64,000 bases of DNA from an uncultured bacterium (GCA_964443875.1 CAYUET010000001.1:134992-198991); one strand, 5' to 3'. Shown: positions 38,681 to 49,491, numbered from the stretch's first letter. Notes: generated by a model not told the origin, from the letters alone. Numbers and translations: made by a program.

Positions 38681-38922
38681 CACCGGATTTCTTTACAACA
38701 AAAGGAAAGAGAAATATGAATAAATTCATCCTATTTTAAAATAGGATGAGATGTATTTATTTTTTCGGTTTTTTGATGAGAAACAGGCTGGTTATTCTTA
38801 TTAAAAAATCCGGAAAGAATTATTGTTTGATGAAACAACTAATTTTTTAAAAACAAATAAATAAATGAACCTGTTTATTTTAGGAAAAACTTAAAAAACA
38901 TAATAAGGCGTTAAATAAAAAA

Positions 38923-38995
38923 TGGGCCCACTTGGATTCGAACCAAGGACCAACGGTTTATGAGACCGCTGCTCTAACCGACTGAGCTATAGGCC
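38923..38995 (-). tRNA. tRNA with CAT anticodon, probably tRNA-Ile2 (lysidine) rather than elongator tRNA-Met
   Basis: Reverse complement is GGGCCTATAGCTCAGTCGGTTAGAGCAGCGGTCTCATAAACCGTTGGTCCTTGGTTCGAATCCAAGTGGGCCCA. Anticodon loop CTCATAA. C4:G69 and C5:G68 in the acceptor stem are TilS determinants in E. coli tRNA-Ile2. It lies 8 nt downstream of rpoD, as ileX does in E. coli. Confidence 0.6.
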
Positions 38996-39002
38996 CGCTC
39001 TA

Positions 39003-40760
39003 TTATCCGGCGTTAATTCCGGCCAGCAAATCCGGACTGATATCTTCTAAAAAGCCTTTGAGTTTCTTACTGCGTATGGGATGTCTCATTTTTCTGAGGG
39101 CTTTAGCTTCAATCTGTCTGACACGTTCTCGGGTAACGGCAAATTCCTTCCCCACTTCTTCAAGTGTCCTGGGAGTACCGTCTCCTATTCCAAAACGAAG
39201 CATTAAAACTTTTTTTTCTCTTGGAGTCAAAGTGGATAACACTTCCTCCATTCTTTCTCTGAGCAGAGACTGTCCTGTAAGTTCCGAAGGAGTGTCACTG
39301 TTTTTATCTTCAATAAAATCTCCAAAATGGCTGTCCTCACCCTCTCCGATAGGAGATTGAAGAGAAATGGGATGTTGAGCCATTTTTAAAATATTTCTTA
39401 TTTTTTCAACAGGAATTTTCATCCCTTCAGCTAAATCTTCAGGCGAGGCTTCTTTACCTTTTTCCTGTACTAATTTTTTAGAGGCCCGGACAATCTTATT
39501 GATCGTTTCAATCATGTGAACCGGAATTCGGATGGTTCTTGCCTGATCTGCAATCGAACGTGTAATGGCCTGTCTGATCCACCAGGTCGCATAGGTGCTG
39601 AACTTATAACCGCGCTGATATTCAAATTTATCAACCGCTTTCATAAGTCCTATATTGCCTTCCTGAATCAGATCCAGAAAAGAAAGGCCACGGTTTGTAT
39701 ATTTTTTAGCAATGGAAATCACGAGCCTTAAGTTGGATTCAATCATTTCCCTTTTAGCTTCACGTGCTTCGTAGGCCCATTTGGCGATTTCATTGGCCTT
39801 TTTTATATAATCATCCGATTCCATGCGGACGGAAATTTCAAAACGGCGTAACTTCCGTTTATGATTTTTCAGTTCGTTTTTTATGGCCTGGCTTTTTGAG
39901 TTTTTAGCCTTCTCAATATCGTTTACAATTTCAATCATTTTAAATTTTGTATCATCAACCACATCAGCAAAATCCTCAATGGCCTTCTGTTTGAAATAGA
40001 ATTTCTTCAGAAGTTCTGACATTTTATGATTAACCCCATTGAATTCCTTACCAAGCTTTTCCTGTTTGGCTTTTGTATTTTCTGATTTCAGCATTTCCTC
40101 GAAAAAATTATTCAGCTCAGTATCATGTTTAACAAGGGCCTCAAGATAGTCTTTCAGTTTTTCAATAAATTTTTCTCTGTTAACAAATTTTGAATCCTGA
40201 ATAATCCTGTCAAAACGCTCTTTTCCACTGATGATTTTTTTGGCAAGGTTAAGCGCTTCTTTCGGCACCTGACCAAAAAGAAAAATATTTTCTTTTAAAT
40301 TATTTTCAGTTTCTTCAATTCTTTTGCAGATTTCAACTTCCTGCTCACGGGTCAAAAGAGGTACTGATCCCATCTGTTTTAGATACATACGGACAGGATC
40401 ATCAAGAACATCAGCCTGAGCTGAGGCTTTTTTGCTTTTCTTGATTTTAGAACGGCCTTCTCCGCCTTCGTCGCCGGATTCATCCACTATTTCGATATCG
40501 TGCTGTTCACAGACACTGAAGATTTTATCCAGCTCCTGGGGTGAAACATCTTTGTTGGATAAGGCATTATTAATTTCATCATAGGTTAAAAAACCCTCCT
40601 GTTTGCCTTTCTTAACAAGAAGCTCCAGACATAAATCGAAATCATTTTTCTCCCGATGATCATGCTTATCACCATTTTTAACGGGATGTGCATTATGATT
40701 ATTATTGTTATGTTTATTATCTTTAGCTGGCCGGGAATTTTGTTTTGATTTTTTCACCAT
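39003..40760 (-). CDS. rpoD: RNA polymerase primary sigma factor (sigma-70)
   Basis: 585 aa. Region 2 ([44 protein letters not shown]). Region 4 ([25 protein letters not shown]). Basic/His-rich N-terminus. Confidence 0.9.
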   Translation of the reverse strand: MVKKSKQNSRPAKDNKHNNNNHNAHPVKNGDKHDHREKNDFDLCLELLVKKGKQEGFLTYDEINNALSNKDVSPQELDKIFSVCEQHDIEIVDESGDEGGEGRSKIKKSKKASAQADVLDDPVRMYLKQMGSVPLLTREQEVEICKRIEETENNLKENIFLFGQVPKEALNLAKKIISGKERFDRIIQDSKFVNREKFIEKLKDYLEALVKHDTELNNFFEEMLKSENTKAKQEKLGKEFNGVNHKMSELLKKFYFKQKAIEDFADVVDDTKFKMIEIVNDIEKAKNSKSQAIKNELKNHKRKLRRFEISVRMESDDYIKKANEIAKWAYEAREAKREMIESNLRLVISIAKKYTNRGLSFLDLIQEGNIGLMKAVDKFEYQRGYKFSTYATWWIRQAITRSIADQARTIRIPVHMIETINKIVRASKKLVQEKGKEASPEDLAEGMKIPVEKIRNILKMAQHPISLQSPIGEGEDSHFGDFIEDKNSDTPSELTGQSLLRERMEEVLSTLTPREKKVLMLRFGIGDGTPRTLEEVGKEFAVTRERVRQIEAKALRKMRHPIRSKKLKGFLEDISPDLLAGINAG

Positions 40761-41078
40761 TTCTCTCCGCTTGTTGACAATCTGTACTTGTCATTGCCTA
40801 ATTCATTTTTTTCAAAAAGAGGTCAGATTTAATAACTTTTTTACATAATAGTCAAACAAATTTAATTCTTTAGGGTAACATTTTTAAAATTAAAGGCTAT
40901 AGCTGATTAGAATTTAAAAACCAGAACTTTTCAAATCTAAGGGCTATACTAATCTCCCTGCTTTCAGCGGTACAGAATATTTATTGTCTGCCTTTTTTAT
41001 TTAAATATAAATGATTGAAAATTGGTTCTGATTTGGTAAATTAAATCGATTTTCAAAAACCGTATTAAGGAGTTTTTT

Positions 41079-41546
41079 ATGCCTGAAACAAAATGCGCTG
41101 TTTTAAAAATCGTCATGGGGGATGCTACCGGAAAAAAAGAATTTCCCATCATTACAGAACTGATGATAGGCAGGGATGCTAAAAATGATATAGTCATCCC
41201 TAACCCTAATGTTTCACGAAAACATGCGAAAGTTTTTAAAGATGAAGCAGGTCTATGCTGGCTTGAAGATCTCGGAAGCCATAACGGCACCCTTTTAAAC
41301 GGGCGTCTGGCACGCAAGGAAAAATTACAGGAAAATGATATCATCCTTATTGCGGATACAGAGCTTACCTTTTTCGGCAATGCCGAGATTCCTGTTGCGA
41401 CTAATAATAAAAAAGTCACGGAAGAGGATTTAGGGGTAATCGGCTGCAACAGCACTGCTTTTATTGACCTTTCTGAATTAAAAAAAGAAACCATGGAAGA
41501 TTTGCGAAAAAAGAAGCCGAGTATTACAGATCATTGGAAAGAGTAA
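41079..41546 (+). CDS. FHA-domain protein
   Basis: 155 aa. FHA core GR-x(n)-VSRKHA...G-SHNGT-LNG (LMIGRDAKNDIVIPNPNVSRKHAKVF...LEDLGSHNGTLLNGRL). Confidence 0.75.
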   Translation: MPETKCAVLKIVMGDATGKKEFPIITELMIGRDAKNDIVIPNPNVSRKHAKVFKDEAGLCWLEDLGSHNGTLLNGRLARKEKLQENDIILIADTELTFFGNAEIPVATNNKKVTEEDLGVIGCNSTAFIDLSELKKETMEDLRKKKPSITDHWKE

Positions 41547-44089
41547 TAACAGTCAATTCTCTTTTAAAGGGTTGCTCAGTGACTCAAGATAATAAAAATC
41601 TAAAACCAGAAAATCTCCAATCTAACAGTCTTTCCCCGGAATCTGACCCAAAGGCGGACATAACCCAGACCTTATCCAGTCCCCTTGTTCCAAAATCCGT
41701 CGAAGAAATCGACAAGACCAGCGATTTTGCAGCCGTTCCTTTAAAAAATCCGAATGAAGAGCTGAAGGCAACGGCCTCTCTATCTACTCCCCTCATTACC
41801 CCAAAAAACGCATCTCCGGAACAGACCCTTGTTTCTGCTGTTTCTCCCCATAAAGAAATCTGCCCCGGAACCGAAGCTCTTTCAATAGCGGAATCAAAAT
41901 CCTCTCTGATAATGTCAAGGCAATCGCGTTCACTTTCAATCAAAAGAACATTCGGGAATAAGTTCAAATCTCTGATCAGCATTGCGGGGTATCATAGACC
42001 TGTTTTTTACTGGCTTATTTTTTTAGCTGCTCTATTAGGCCTGTTTTATCATCTTTCTTTTATTGATAATTTTGAATCCGCTGCTTATGACCGGATGTAT
42101 AAGTTTAAGAATGATATTCCTGTGTCCCAGAATATTATTATAGCGGAGATAAATGACGACTGTAAAAATTTATATGGAAAAATGGGGGCCTGGCCCTGGT
42201 CCAGAAAAATACATGCCCAGGTTATCAGCAACCTCCGGGAATTTTTCAAGCCTTTAAGAATTGGAGTGGATATCCTTTTTCTAGATCCTTCCAATGACAG
42301 TGTATCAGATTTTGCCCTTGCCAGAACAATTAAAAAAGCGGGTAATGTTTATCTGCCTTACATCTTTGAATTTTCCGAAGAAACAGGCAAGTCTTTTTCA
42401 GAGCGGATCCAGGGAATACTGGAACCCTGGGATAAAATTAAAAACAGCTCTGTTTCCCTGGGTTTTATCAATTTTACGGAAGATAAGGACGGGAAACTCC
42501 GCAGAATTCCCCTTCTGATTCCTTATCAGAAGGAATTTAAAATACACCTTGCGTTCAAAATGCTTCTGGATCATCTGAATGTCACACTTTCAGATTTAAA
42601 AATAGAAAAGGGGAATTCAATTTCTTTTACAGATAAAAACAATACGAATTACAGCATACCCATCGATAACGATTATCAAATGCTCCTCTGCTGGCCAGGT
42701 GCCTGGCAAAAAACGTTCAGACATGTCTCCTGTCTGGATATCATTCAGGTTACAGCCGCACAAAAACTTGAGGGGATAAAATCCGCTATTGATCCCACCC
42801 AGTACAAGGATTCCTTCATACTTATCGGGGACACCACAACCGCCTCTGTGGATATGCGCCCCACCCCCTTTGATAAACGCTGTCCCCTTGTCAATGTTCA
42901 TGCGGTGTTAATCAATCAGATGCTTCATCATTATTTCATCCGTAGCATTTCTCCTGTCTTTGGTTTTTCATTCTCTTATCTGGTAGGGATTATGGTTGTT
43001 TATTTTGCTTTAACTTTCTCACCTCTTAAAACTTTGATTTCAAGCACCATTCTATTTATCCTTATCTTCTCCATTTCTTTGATTTTTCTCATTTATTGTA
43101 ATCTCTGGCTGGGCCCTGTTAAGCCCCTTTTAATTATTTTAATCACCCTGGTTTTCATAACCAGCTACAGCCATATCCGGTTTAAAGATCACGTGGATTT
43201 AAAACTATCCTTTGAGCAAAAGCTTTCCATGGCAGATGCGCGGCTGCCTCAATTTCGCCATAACCTGAAAATCGGTGAGTATTCGAACATCCAGGAATTA
43301 GGCCGGGGAGGCATGGCTGTTGTTTATCGGGGAACCTCAAAAAAAGGGAAGGATTTTGCCATAAAAGTCATAAGCCCTGAATGTCTTGCCAGGGACAAAC
43401 TTTTTAAATACCGGTTCAAAAGAGAAATTGAAACCATGAAAAAAGTCGACAGTCCCTTTGTGATTCATATCTATGACCATGGAAATTATCAGGGAGTTCT
43501 TTATTATGTCATGGAACTTTTTCCTGCCGGAGACCTTGCAGATAATATTCTCCGTCTCTCCAAGATAACGGACTGGAAATGGATCATTGATTTTTTTACT
43601 CAGCTGACAGAAGGATTAAAGGCTATCCACGATGTGAAGCTCATTCACCGGGATATCAAACCCGCCAATATCATGATGAATGATCAGAATGTTGTAAAAA
43701 TTGCAGACTTTGGTCTTGCGAAACCTGTTGAGGAAGGTCAGATCCTTACCTCTGTGGGACAGGTGTTGGGCACTCCGGCCTATCTGGCCCCGGAACTCTG
43801 CACCGGTGAATCTCCCGGTTATGCAGCGGATATTTACGCCATGGGAATTGTTTTTTATGAAATCATATCCGCCTACAGACCCTTCCAGGAATTCAGCAAT
43901 ATGGCCGCTTTGATCCAGGCAAAATTAAAAGCGCCTATTCCTTCAATAAAACTCAGAAGATATGATATTCCCGATCCGCTGGCTATAATCATCGATAAAA
44001 TGATCGCCTTCAATACTTCTGACCGCTATTCTTCCTGCAATGATATTCTCAGGGATCTGAATTCGTTCAAGACTTCATTAAAGGCTTAG
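41534..44089 (+). CDS. CHASE2-type membrane sensor fused to a Ser/Thr protein kinase
   Basis: 851 aa. N-terminal TM, an extracytoplasmic ~300-aa domain, then 3 TM helices (aa ~475-545). C-terminal kinase: AIK lysine, HRDIKPANIM, DFGLAK, GTPAYLAPE. Overlaps the FHA gene by 13 nt. Confidence 0.7.
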   Translation: MERVITVNSLLKGCSVTQDNKNLKPENLQSNSLSPESDPKADITQTLSSPLVPKSVEEIDKTSDFAAVPLKNPNEELKATASLSTPLITPKNASPEQTLVSAVSPHKEICPGTEALSIAESKSSLIMSRQSRSLSIKRTFGNKFKSLISIAGYHRPVFYWLIFLAALLGLFYHLSFIDNFESAAYDRMYKFKNDIPVSQNIIIAEINDDCKNLYGKMGAWPWSRKIHAQVISNLREFFKPLRIGVDILFLDPSNDSVSDFALARTIKKAGNVYLPYIFEFSEETGKSFSERIQGILEPWDKIKNSSVSLGFINFTEDKDGKLRRIPLLIPYQKEFKIHLAFKMLLDHLNVTLSDLKIEKGNSISFTDKNNTNYSIPIDNDYQMLLCWPGAWQKTFRHVSCLDIIQVTAAQKLEGIKSAIDPTQYKDSFILIGDTTTASVDMRPTPFDKRCPLVNVHAVLINQMLHHYFIRSISPVFGFSFSYLVGIMVVYFALTFSPLKTLISSTILFILIFSISLIFLIYCNLWLGPVKPLLIILITLVFITSYSHIRFKDHVDLKLSFEQKLSMADARLPQFRHNLKIGEYSNIQELGRGGMAVVYRGTSKKGKDFAIKVISPECLARDKLFKYRFKREIETMKKVDSPFVIHIYDHGNYQGVLYYVMELFPAGDLADNILRLSKITDWKWIIDFFTQLTEGLKAIHDVKLIHRDIKPANIMMNDQNVVKIADFGLAKPVEEGQILTSVGQVLGTPAYLAPELCTGESPGYAADIYAMGIVFYEIISAYRPFQEFSNMAALIQAKLKAPIPSIKLRRYDIPDPLAIIIDKMIAFNTSDRYSSCNDILRDLNSFKTSLKA

Positions 44090-44127
44090 TATTTCCTAGG
44101 CAAACGTAAAATCATATCTATCATGCA

Positions 44128-45168
44128 TTATGTCCGGATGGATACAAAAAAGGTCAGATTATTAACATCCAGCTCAATCTCTTTGTTGTACCTGTCATTG
44201 GAATCGCCTTCATTCGTTTGAGTTTGTTTAATGTCTTCAATGGTCACATCAGCAGAGATAATCTGGTATTTTATCCCGGCTAGAAATGAAGAGGATTTAA
44301 AAACAGGAAACTCCCAGTAAAATTTGAATTCATGTTTAGTGTAATTCAAATCAATATCTTTTGCATGCTGCACATTGAGGATAGCAAAATCATCGGTGGA
44401 ACCCTCCCAGTTGTAATTCACAATATTAAAATTAAAAACAAAATCATATTCAGTGTTATTATGAGTCAAAAATTCAAAAACACATTCCCCGCCAAATCCT
44501 ATTTCAGGCATTCCGGCCCCAAACCAGCCTTCCGCTTTTCCCCCGATTACGTATTCGTTGGGATTGTTTTCATTCAAGGTAATACCGTGAGGCTCCCCGG
44601 CATCAATTTTGATTTTTCCGGCAACGGAATAAAGGCCAAGGTTGAACCAGGGAGTAAAATGCATGGCCTCCGTTACCTGAAGGAAAAAAGGAGTGATGTA
44701 CGTATTAAGTTCCAGGATTGCTCCTTTGATATCCGTTGAAATACCCAGGCCCTCCGGAATCAGCATGTATTGATAGGTCTGACCGTTATAGTCGACTTCC
44801 TCCATGGCAATGGCAAAATCTCCGCCTGCTATGATATCCTCCTTGGGATTGAAATAATCAAGTTCCAGAGCAACAGAAAGGTATTTCCATTTCTTTTCCA
44901 TCTGGAATCCATAAATTGCATATTTATCATCAAAGCCAAGATCCTCAAAAGAATAAAATTCAAGATATCGTGCGTAATTATTGCGTGTTTCCGAGACTTC
45001 TGCTTTAAAATCAGTCATCCAGCCGTAGTTCAGATTAAAAGTGAAACTGTTTTTTTCCTTTTCAAACATCTGGGGATAATAACGGCCCCAGTCCATTTCC
45101 AATGCTGAAAGATTACTCATTACACAAAAAATAGATATTGCGAGCCATGCATTTTTTTTAACAAACAT
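44128..45168 (-). CDS. Secreted or outer-membrane hypothetical protein, possibly a beta-barrel
   Basis: 346 aa. N-terminal signal peptide (MFVKKNAWLAISIFCVMSNLSALE). Alternating hydrophobic/aromatic beta-strand-like pattern, rich in Y/F/N/G. Confidence 0.4.
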   Translation of the reverse strand: MFVKKNAWLAISIFCVMSNLSALEMDWGRYYPQMFEKEKNSFTFNLNYGWMTDFKAEVSETRNNYARYLEFYSFEDLGFDDKYAIYGFQMEKKWKYLSVALELDYFNPKEDIIAGGDFAIAMEEVDYNGQTYQYMLIPEGLGISTDIKGAILELNTYITPFFLQVTEAMHFTPWFNLGLYSVAGKIKIDAGEPHGITLNENNPNEYVIGGKAEGWFGAGMPEIGFGGECVFEFLTHNNTEYDFVFNFNIVNYNWEGSTDDFAILNVQHAKDIDLNYTKHEFKFYWEFPVFKSSSFLAGIKYQIISADVTIEDIKQTQTNEGDSNDRYNKEIELDVNNLTFFVSIRT

Positions 45169-45282
45169 CTTAAGTTTTTCTCCTTAAAAACTGTGTCTTG
45201 TTCTAGGTGATTTTAATAATGATTTCATATACCATATTCAGGCATATGCCCAGTTCATTTTTAAGTTATTTTTATTGAGCGC

Positions 45283-45311
45283 TTGACCGGTTATCTTACC
45301 TCTGTTATAGT
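45283..45311 (+). promoter_or_regulatory. Sigma-70-like promoter (TTGACC, 17-nt spacer, TATAGT) ending 8 nt before the trpB ATG
   Basis: Near-consensus -35 and -10 hexamers with a 17-nt spacer, read directly from the sequence. It implies a leaderless or near-leaderless trpB mRNA if functional. Confidence 0.4.
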
Positions 45312-45319
45312 TTCTAGCC

Positions 45320-46492
45320 ATGAAAAATAAAACTGCAAAATTTTATTTCGGGGAATATGGCGGACGTTATGTGCCTGAAACCCTGATTCCAGCCCTTGAG
45401 GAAACCGCTAAAGCCTTTGAAAAAATGAAAAGCGACAAGGCCTTTAATGCGGAATACCGTCAGATCCTCAAAGACTTCGTCGGAAGGGAAACTCCTTTAT
45501 TTTATGCACCCCACCTTTCTGAACGCTATCATGCCAAAATTTATTTAAAAAGAGAAGACCTCTGTCATACCGGTTCTCATAAAATCAACAATGCCGTGGG
45601 GCAGGCCCTGCTTGCCCGGTATATGAAAAAGAAAAAGCTGATCGCAGAAACCGGAGCCGGACAGCACGGAGTAGCGACAGCAACCGTAGCGGCCTATTTC
45701 GGCTTTGAATGTAAAATTTTTATGGGTACCGAAGACATGAGGCGTCAGGCCATCAATGTCCACCGCATGCAGCTTTTGGGTTCAGAAGTTCAGGGTGTGG
45801 ATTCAGGTTCCAAAACCCTGAAGGACGCCATCAATGATGCCCTGCGTTTCTGGACTCTCCATGTCGAGGATACTCATTATCTTTTCGGTTCTGTTCTCGG
45901 TCCCTACCCCTTTCCGAAAATGGTCCATCATTTTCAACAGGTCATCGGACTGGAAACTAAAAAACAGATTCTTGAAAAAGAAGGAAGCCTTCCGGATTAT
46001 ATTATTGCCTGCGTCGGCGGCGGAAGTAATTCCATGGGGATTTTTTCACCTTTCGTCGGCAATAAAAAAGTGCGTTTGATCGGGGTGGAAGCCGGAGGAA
46101 AAGGAAATAAGACAGGTCAGCATGCGGCCCGCTTTATACATCCTGAAAAAGGCGTCCTGCATGGAACCTATTCCTACCTCATTCAGAAAAACGGCCAGAT
46201 TCAGCTCACCCATTCCATTGCCCCTGGTCTTGATTATGCTTCCATCGGCCCTGAACATGCTGATCTTTATGACAAGAAACTGGCTACCTATGATCACATC
46301 ACGGATAAAGAAGCTGTTTTCGGCTTTAAACTTTTATCCTCTACAGAAGGAATTATTCCGGCGCTTGAATCCTCTCATGCCGTAGGCTATCTAGAAAAAA
46401 TCAAGTCCGAGATCAAAGGGAAATGCGTAGTTGTCAATATCAGCGGACGCGGAGACAAGGATCTCTTTACCGTAGAAGACTATAAGGCTTAA
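45320..46492 (+). CDS. trpB: Tryptophan synthase beta chain
   Basis: 390 aa. [14 protein letters not shown]-terminus. PLP-lysine motif [18 protein letters not shown] loop. Confidence 0.9.
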   Translation: MKNKTAKFYFGEYGGRYVPETLIPALEETAKAFEKMKSDKAFNAEYRQILKDFVGRETPLFYAPHLSERYHAKIYLKREDLCHTGSHKINNAVGQALLARYMKKKKLIAETGAGQHGVATATVAAYFGFECKIFMGTEDMRRQAINVHRMQLLGSEVQGVDSGSKTLKDAINDALRFWTLHVEDTHYLFGSVLGPYPFPKMVHHFQQVIGLETKKQILEKEGSLPDYIIACVGGGSNSMGIFSPFVGNKKVRLIGVEAGGKGNKTGQHAARFIHPEKGVLHGTYSYLIQKNGQIQLTHSIAPGLDYASIGPEHADLYDKKLATYDHITDKEAVFGFKLLSSTEGIIPALESSHAVGYLEKIKSEIKGKCVVVNISGRGDKDLFTVEDYKA

Positions 46493-46497
46493 GGACC

Positions 46498-47304
46498 ATG
46501 AAAAACCGGATTGATATTACCTTTTTAAATCTTAAGAAAAATAAAAAAAAGGCTTTTGTTGCCTATATTACTGCAGGAGATCCTAACCTCGATGCTACCC
46601 TTTCCATCATGCACTTGTTTGTGCAAAAAGGAGTGGATATTATTGAGCTTGGAGTTCCTTTTTCCGATCCCATCGGTGATGGACCTGTAAATCAGGCAGC
46701 CGCCCAAAGGGCCATCCATTCAGGGACAACACTGGCGAAAATTTTTCAGATGATAAAAAATTTCAGAAAAACCTCCAATACCCCGGTTGTGCTCTTCAGT
46801 TATCTGAATCCCATTCATGAATTCGGAATAGATCATTTCACTCAGGCTGCTAAAAATGCGGATATTGATGCGGTGCTTCTGGTAGACGGTCCTTTTGATA
46901 TGTGTTCAGATCTTAAGCAAAATCTGAACAGGGAAGGTATTCATGCCGTTTATCTGGCCGCCCCTACGACTTCCATCGAAAGACTGAAAGAAATTACCCG
47001 CAATACGGGCGGATTTCTCTATTATATTTCAAGCCTTGGAGTAACAGGAATACGCAAATCCTTCAGCAGGGATATTGGTTTAAAACTGAAAGAAATACAA
47101 TTTTTGACAGACAAACCGATCTGTGTGGGCTTCGGAATCTCCACTCCCCAGGATGCGCAGAAAATGGCCCGTTTCTGCAGTGGAGTCATTGTGGGCTCCG
47201 CCTTTGTCAATATCATTTCAGAACACCAGACTGACATAAAAACCATGCTCAGCAAACTTGACTCTTTTACTCATTCCATGGTTTCTTCTGTTAAAGCCCT
47301 CTGA
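46498..47304 (+). CDS. trpA: Tryptophan synthase alpha chain
   Basis: 268 aa. Follows trpB by 5 nt. AYITAGDP...IELGVPFSDPIGDGP and GFGIS motifs are typical TrpA. Confidence 0.85.
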   Translation: MKNRIDITFLNLKKNKKKAFVAYITAGDPNLDATLSIMHLFVQKGVDIIELGVPFSDPIGDGPVNQAAAQRAIHSGTTLAKIFQMIKNFRKTSNTPVVLFSYLNPIHEFGIDHFTQAAKNADIDAVLLVDGPFDMCSDLKQNLNREGIHAVYLAAPTTSIERLKEITRNTGGFLYYISSLGVTGIRKSFSRDIGLKLKEIQFLTDKPICVGFGISTPQDAQKMARFCSGVIVGSAFVNIISEHQTDIKTMLSKLDSFTHSMVSSVKAL

Positions 47305-47390
47305 AATTGATAAAAAAATCCATTGAAAAAATAATAAAATAAGCTAAGTTAGCACGTTTATAATAACCAACACATGGGAGTTTTGAATTC

Positions 47391-48410
47391 ATGAAAAAAG
47401 AAAAATATGTTGTTGCAGTAGTCGGTGCTACAGGTGCCGTCGGCAATGAAATGCTTAACACTCTGGAAAGAAGAAAATTTCCTATCTCCCAGCTGATACC
47501 TCTTGCTTCAGCAAAATCAGCCGGCAAAACGCTTCTTTTTAAAAAGAAAAAATATGAAATCAAGGAATTAAAAGAAGATTCTTTTGAAGGTGTTGACATT
47601 GCTTTGTTTTCAGCGGGTTCTTCTGTTTCACAGAAATTTGCTCCTATCGCTGCAAAAGCCGGAGCTATTGTCGTAGATAACACTTCAGCTTTCCGTATGG
47701 ATCCTGAAATACCTCTGGTTGTTCCTGAAGTCAATGCGGAAGACATTCGGAAACATAAAGGAATTATAGCAAATCCCAACTGCTCTACCATTCAGATGCT
47801 TTTACCGGTTAATGCCATTAATAAGAAATACAAAATCAAGCGCCTTGTTGTTTCCACCTATCAGTCTGTATCTGGGGCCGGACAAAAAGGGATTAATGCC
47901 CTTTTAAACGAATCCATGCAGAAACTTCAGGGGGAAAAAATTCTGAACAAGACTTTAGGTAAACAGATCGCTTTCAATCTGATTCCGCAGATTGATATCT
48001 TTACAGAAAGCGGATTTACGAAAGAAGAATTGAAGATGGTGAATGAAACCAAAAAAATTCTTCATGATGAAGATATTCTGGTCAATGCAACCTGTGTCAG
48101 GGTGCCTGTACTACGGGGGCATTCCGAATCTCTGAACCTTGAACTTGAAAACCCATTTGATCTTGAAGAGCTTAAAAATGAAATAGCGAAGGTTGATAAT
48201 CTGATTATTGAAGATGATCCCGCCAACGGTATTTATCCGATGCCAATCAATTGTGAAGGCCGTTTTGAAACCTTTGTAGGCCGTATCCGTAGAGACCCCA
48301 CCCTTCCCAGCGGAGTTAATCTATGGGTTGTTAGCGATAACCTTTTGAAAGGCGCCGCATTTAATGCAGTTCAAATTGCGGAATGCCTTCTCCAAATGGA
48401 TGTGATCTGA
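47391..48410 (+). CDS. asd: Aspartate-semialdehyde dehydrogenase
   Basis: 339 aa. VAVVGATGAVG NAD-binding N-terminus. Active-site NPNCSTI (Cys nucleophile). Confidence 0.85.
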   Translation: MKKEKYVVAVVGATGAVGNEMLNTLERRKFPISQLIPLASAKSAGKTLLFKKKKYEIKELKEDSFEGVDIALFSAGSSVSQKFAPIAAKAGAIVVDNTSAFRMDPEIPLVVPEVNAEDIRKHKGIIANPNCSTIQMLLPVNAINKKYKIKRLVVSTYQSVSGAGQKGINALLNESMQKLQGEKILNKTLGKQIAFNLIPQIDIFTESGFTKEELKMVNETKKILHDEDILVNATCVRVPVLRGHSESLNLELENPFDLEELKNEIAKVDNLIIEDDPANGIYPMPINCEGRFETFVGRIRRDPTLPSGVNLWVVSDNLLKGAAFNAVQIAECLLQMDVI

Positions 48411-48435
48411 TTTAACTGTCTGTTTAAAAGTATTA

Positions 48436-48475
48436 CCCTTCAGGGATTCCTCTTTAAAAAAAGATCCCTGAAGGG
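48436..48475. terminator. 12-bp perfect inverted repeat (CCCTTCAGGGAT / ATCCCTGAAGGG) with a 16-nt A/T-rich loop, 26 nt after the asd stop
   Basis: Read directly from the sequence. It is not followed by a clean T-tract on the + strand, so it is an atypical terminator or a protein-binding palindrome. Confidence 0.35.
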
Positions 48476-48690
48476 ATTCATTCCGCTTGAACGATATGAT
48501 TATACATCCGACAGTTTGTTTGTACTGCTTAATTTGCTGAATAAAAAAATGGGATCATTTCATAATTACTGTATAGATAATGGATTACGGAGTATTTTTC
48601 TTTAAAAAGAAACCCATTTACAACAGTTTTTACTTGACAAACTTTTAAAATAGTTAATTATTCCATTTCTTTTAAATTAAATCATTTAAG

Positions 48691-49491
48691 ATGGAGAAAA
48701 ATATGTCGTCTGAAAAAACTCTTTCGTATGAAGATTGCGTTCAAACAGATTCCCTTTTTTATAAGTTTTTTAAAAATCATAAATTTCCGGTCCTGATTCT
48801 CCATTATAAGACATTCAAAGTTTTGGACACAAACAGCAAAGCGATGGATTTTTTTCAGTTCACCAACGGCGAAATTAAGAAGAAATATCTTTATTCGTTT
48901 GCCCAGGAAAAAGAACACGAGGAATGGAAAAACAAGATCGACCTGCACAAAACAAAATCCAGCTTCACCCTTCAGATGCCCATGATTCCTAAAAACAAAA
49001 ACGCAATCACATGCGCTGTTTGCATGGAAGAAATCAATATCGGAAAATGCGCGGTGTGGGCTGCTGTGATCGATAACGAAAATTCTGAGAAAATAGCCCT
49101 TGAAATAAAGCTGAAGGACCAGAACAAGGATTTGACGGATCAGCTGAAAAAACTGGTCGATATCAACAGAAAAATGGTAAATTCCTACGAAAACATCAAA
49201 CGTCAATATCAGGAATTACTGGAATATCAGGAAGAAAATGTTAAAACAGAAAGGCATAAAACCATTGGTGAAATGACAGAAGTCCTCCAGGATAAGATTA
49301 ACAAGCCTTTGAATCGGATTCTGGATGATGTACAGAAAATTCATGATTCAGAAAAGAAGCTTGATTCTTCTGTCGTTAAAAGGTTAAAATTAATTGAAGA
49401 GTCCGCGGAAAACGTTTTAAGGATAATCGACAGAATCTCAGAAGTTAGAGACATTAAAAAAATGAAATACATTGAACTCAATAATATGTAA
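48691..49491 (+). CDS. Hypothetical coiled-coil protein with a PAS-like N-terminal region and a DHp-like helix but no ATPase domain
   Basis: 266 aa. FPVLILHYKTFKVLDTNSKAMDFF is PAS-like. A long heptad coiled coil from aa ~130 includes ERHKTIGEMTEVLQDKINKPLNRIL, reminiscent of a histidine-kinase H-box helix. Confidence 0.35.
   Translation: MEKNMSSEKTLSYEDCVQTDSLFYKFFKNHKFPVLILHYKTFKVLDTNSKAMDFFQFTNGEIKKKYLYSFAQEKEHEEWKNKIDLHKTKSSFTLQMPMIPKNKNAITCAVCMEEINIGKCAVWAAVIDNENSEKIALEIKLKDQNKDLTDQLKKLVDINRKMVNSYENIKRQYQELLEYQEENVKTERHKTIGEMTEVLQDKINKPLNRILDDVQKIHDSEKKLDSSVVKRLKLIEESAENVLRIIDRISEVRDIKKMKYIELNNM

Noticed and set aside
35505-39003. Two tRNA genes as possible integration hotspots for a genomic island or prophage
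   Set aside because: No integrase, excisionase, transposase or direct repeat of the tRNA 3' end was seen nearby. The flanking genes (CDF transporter, DUF1846, rpoD) are chromosomal housekeeping or ordinary accessory genes.
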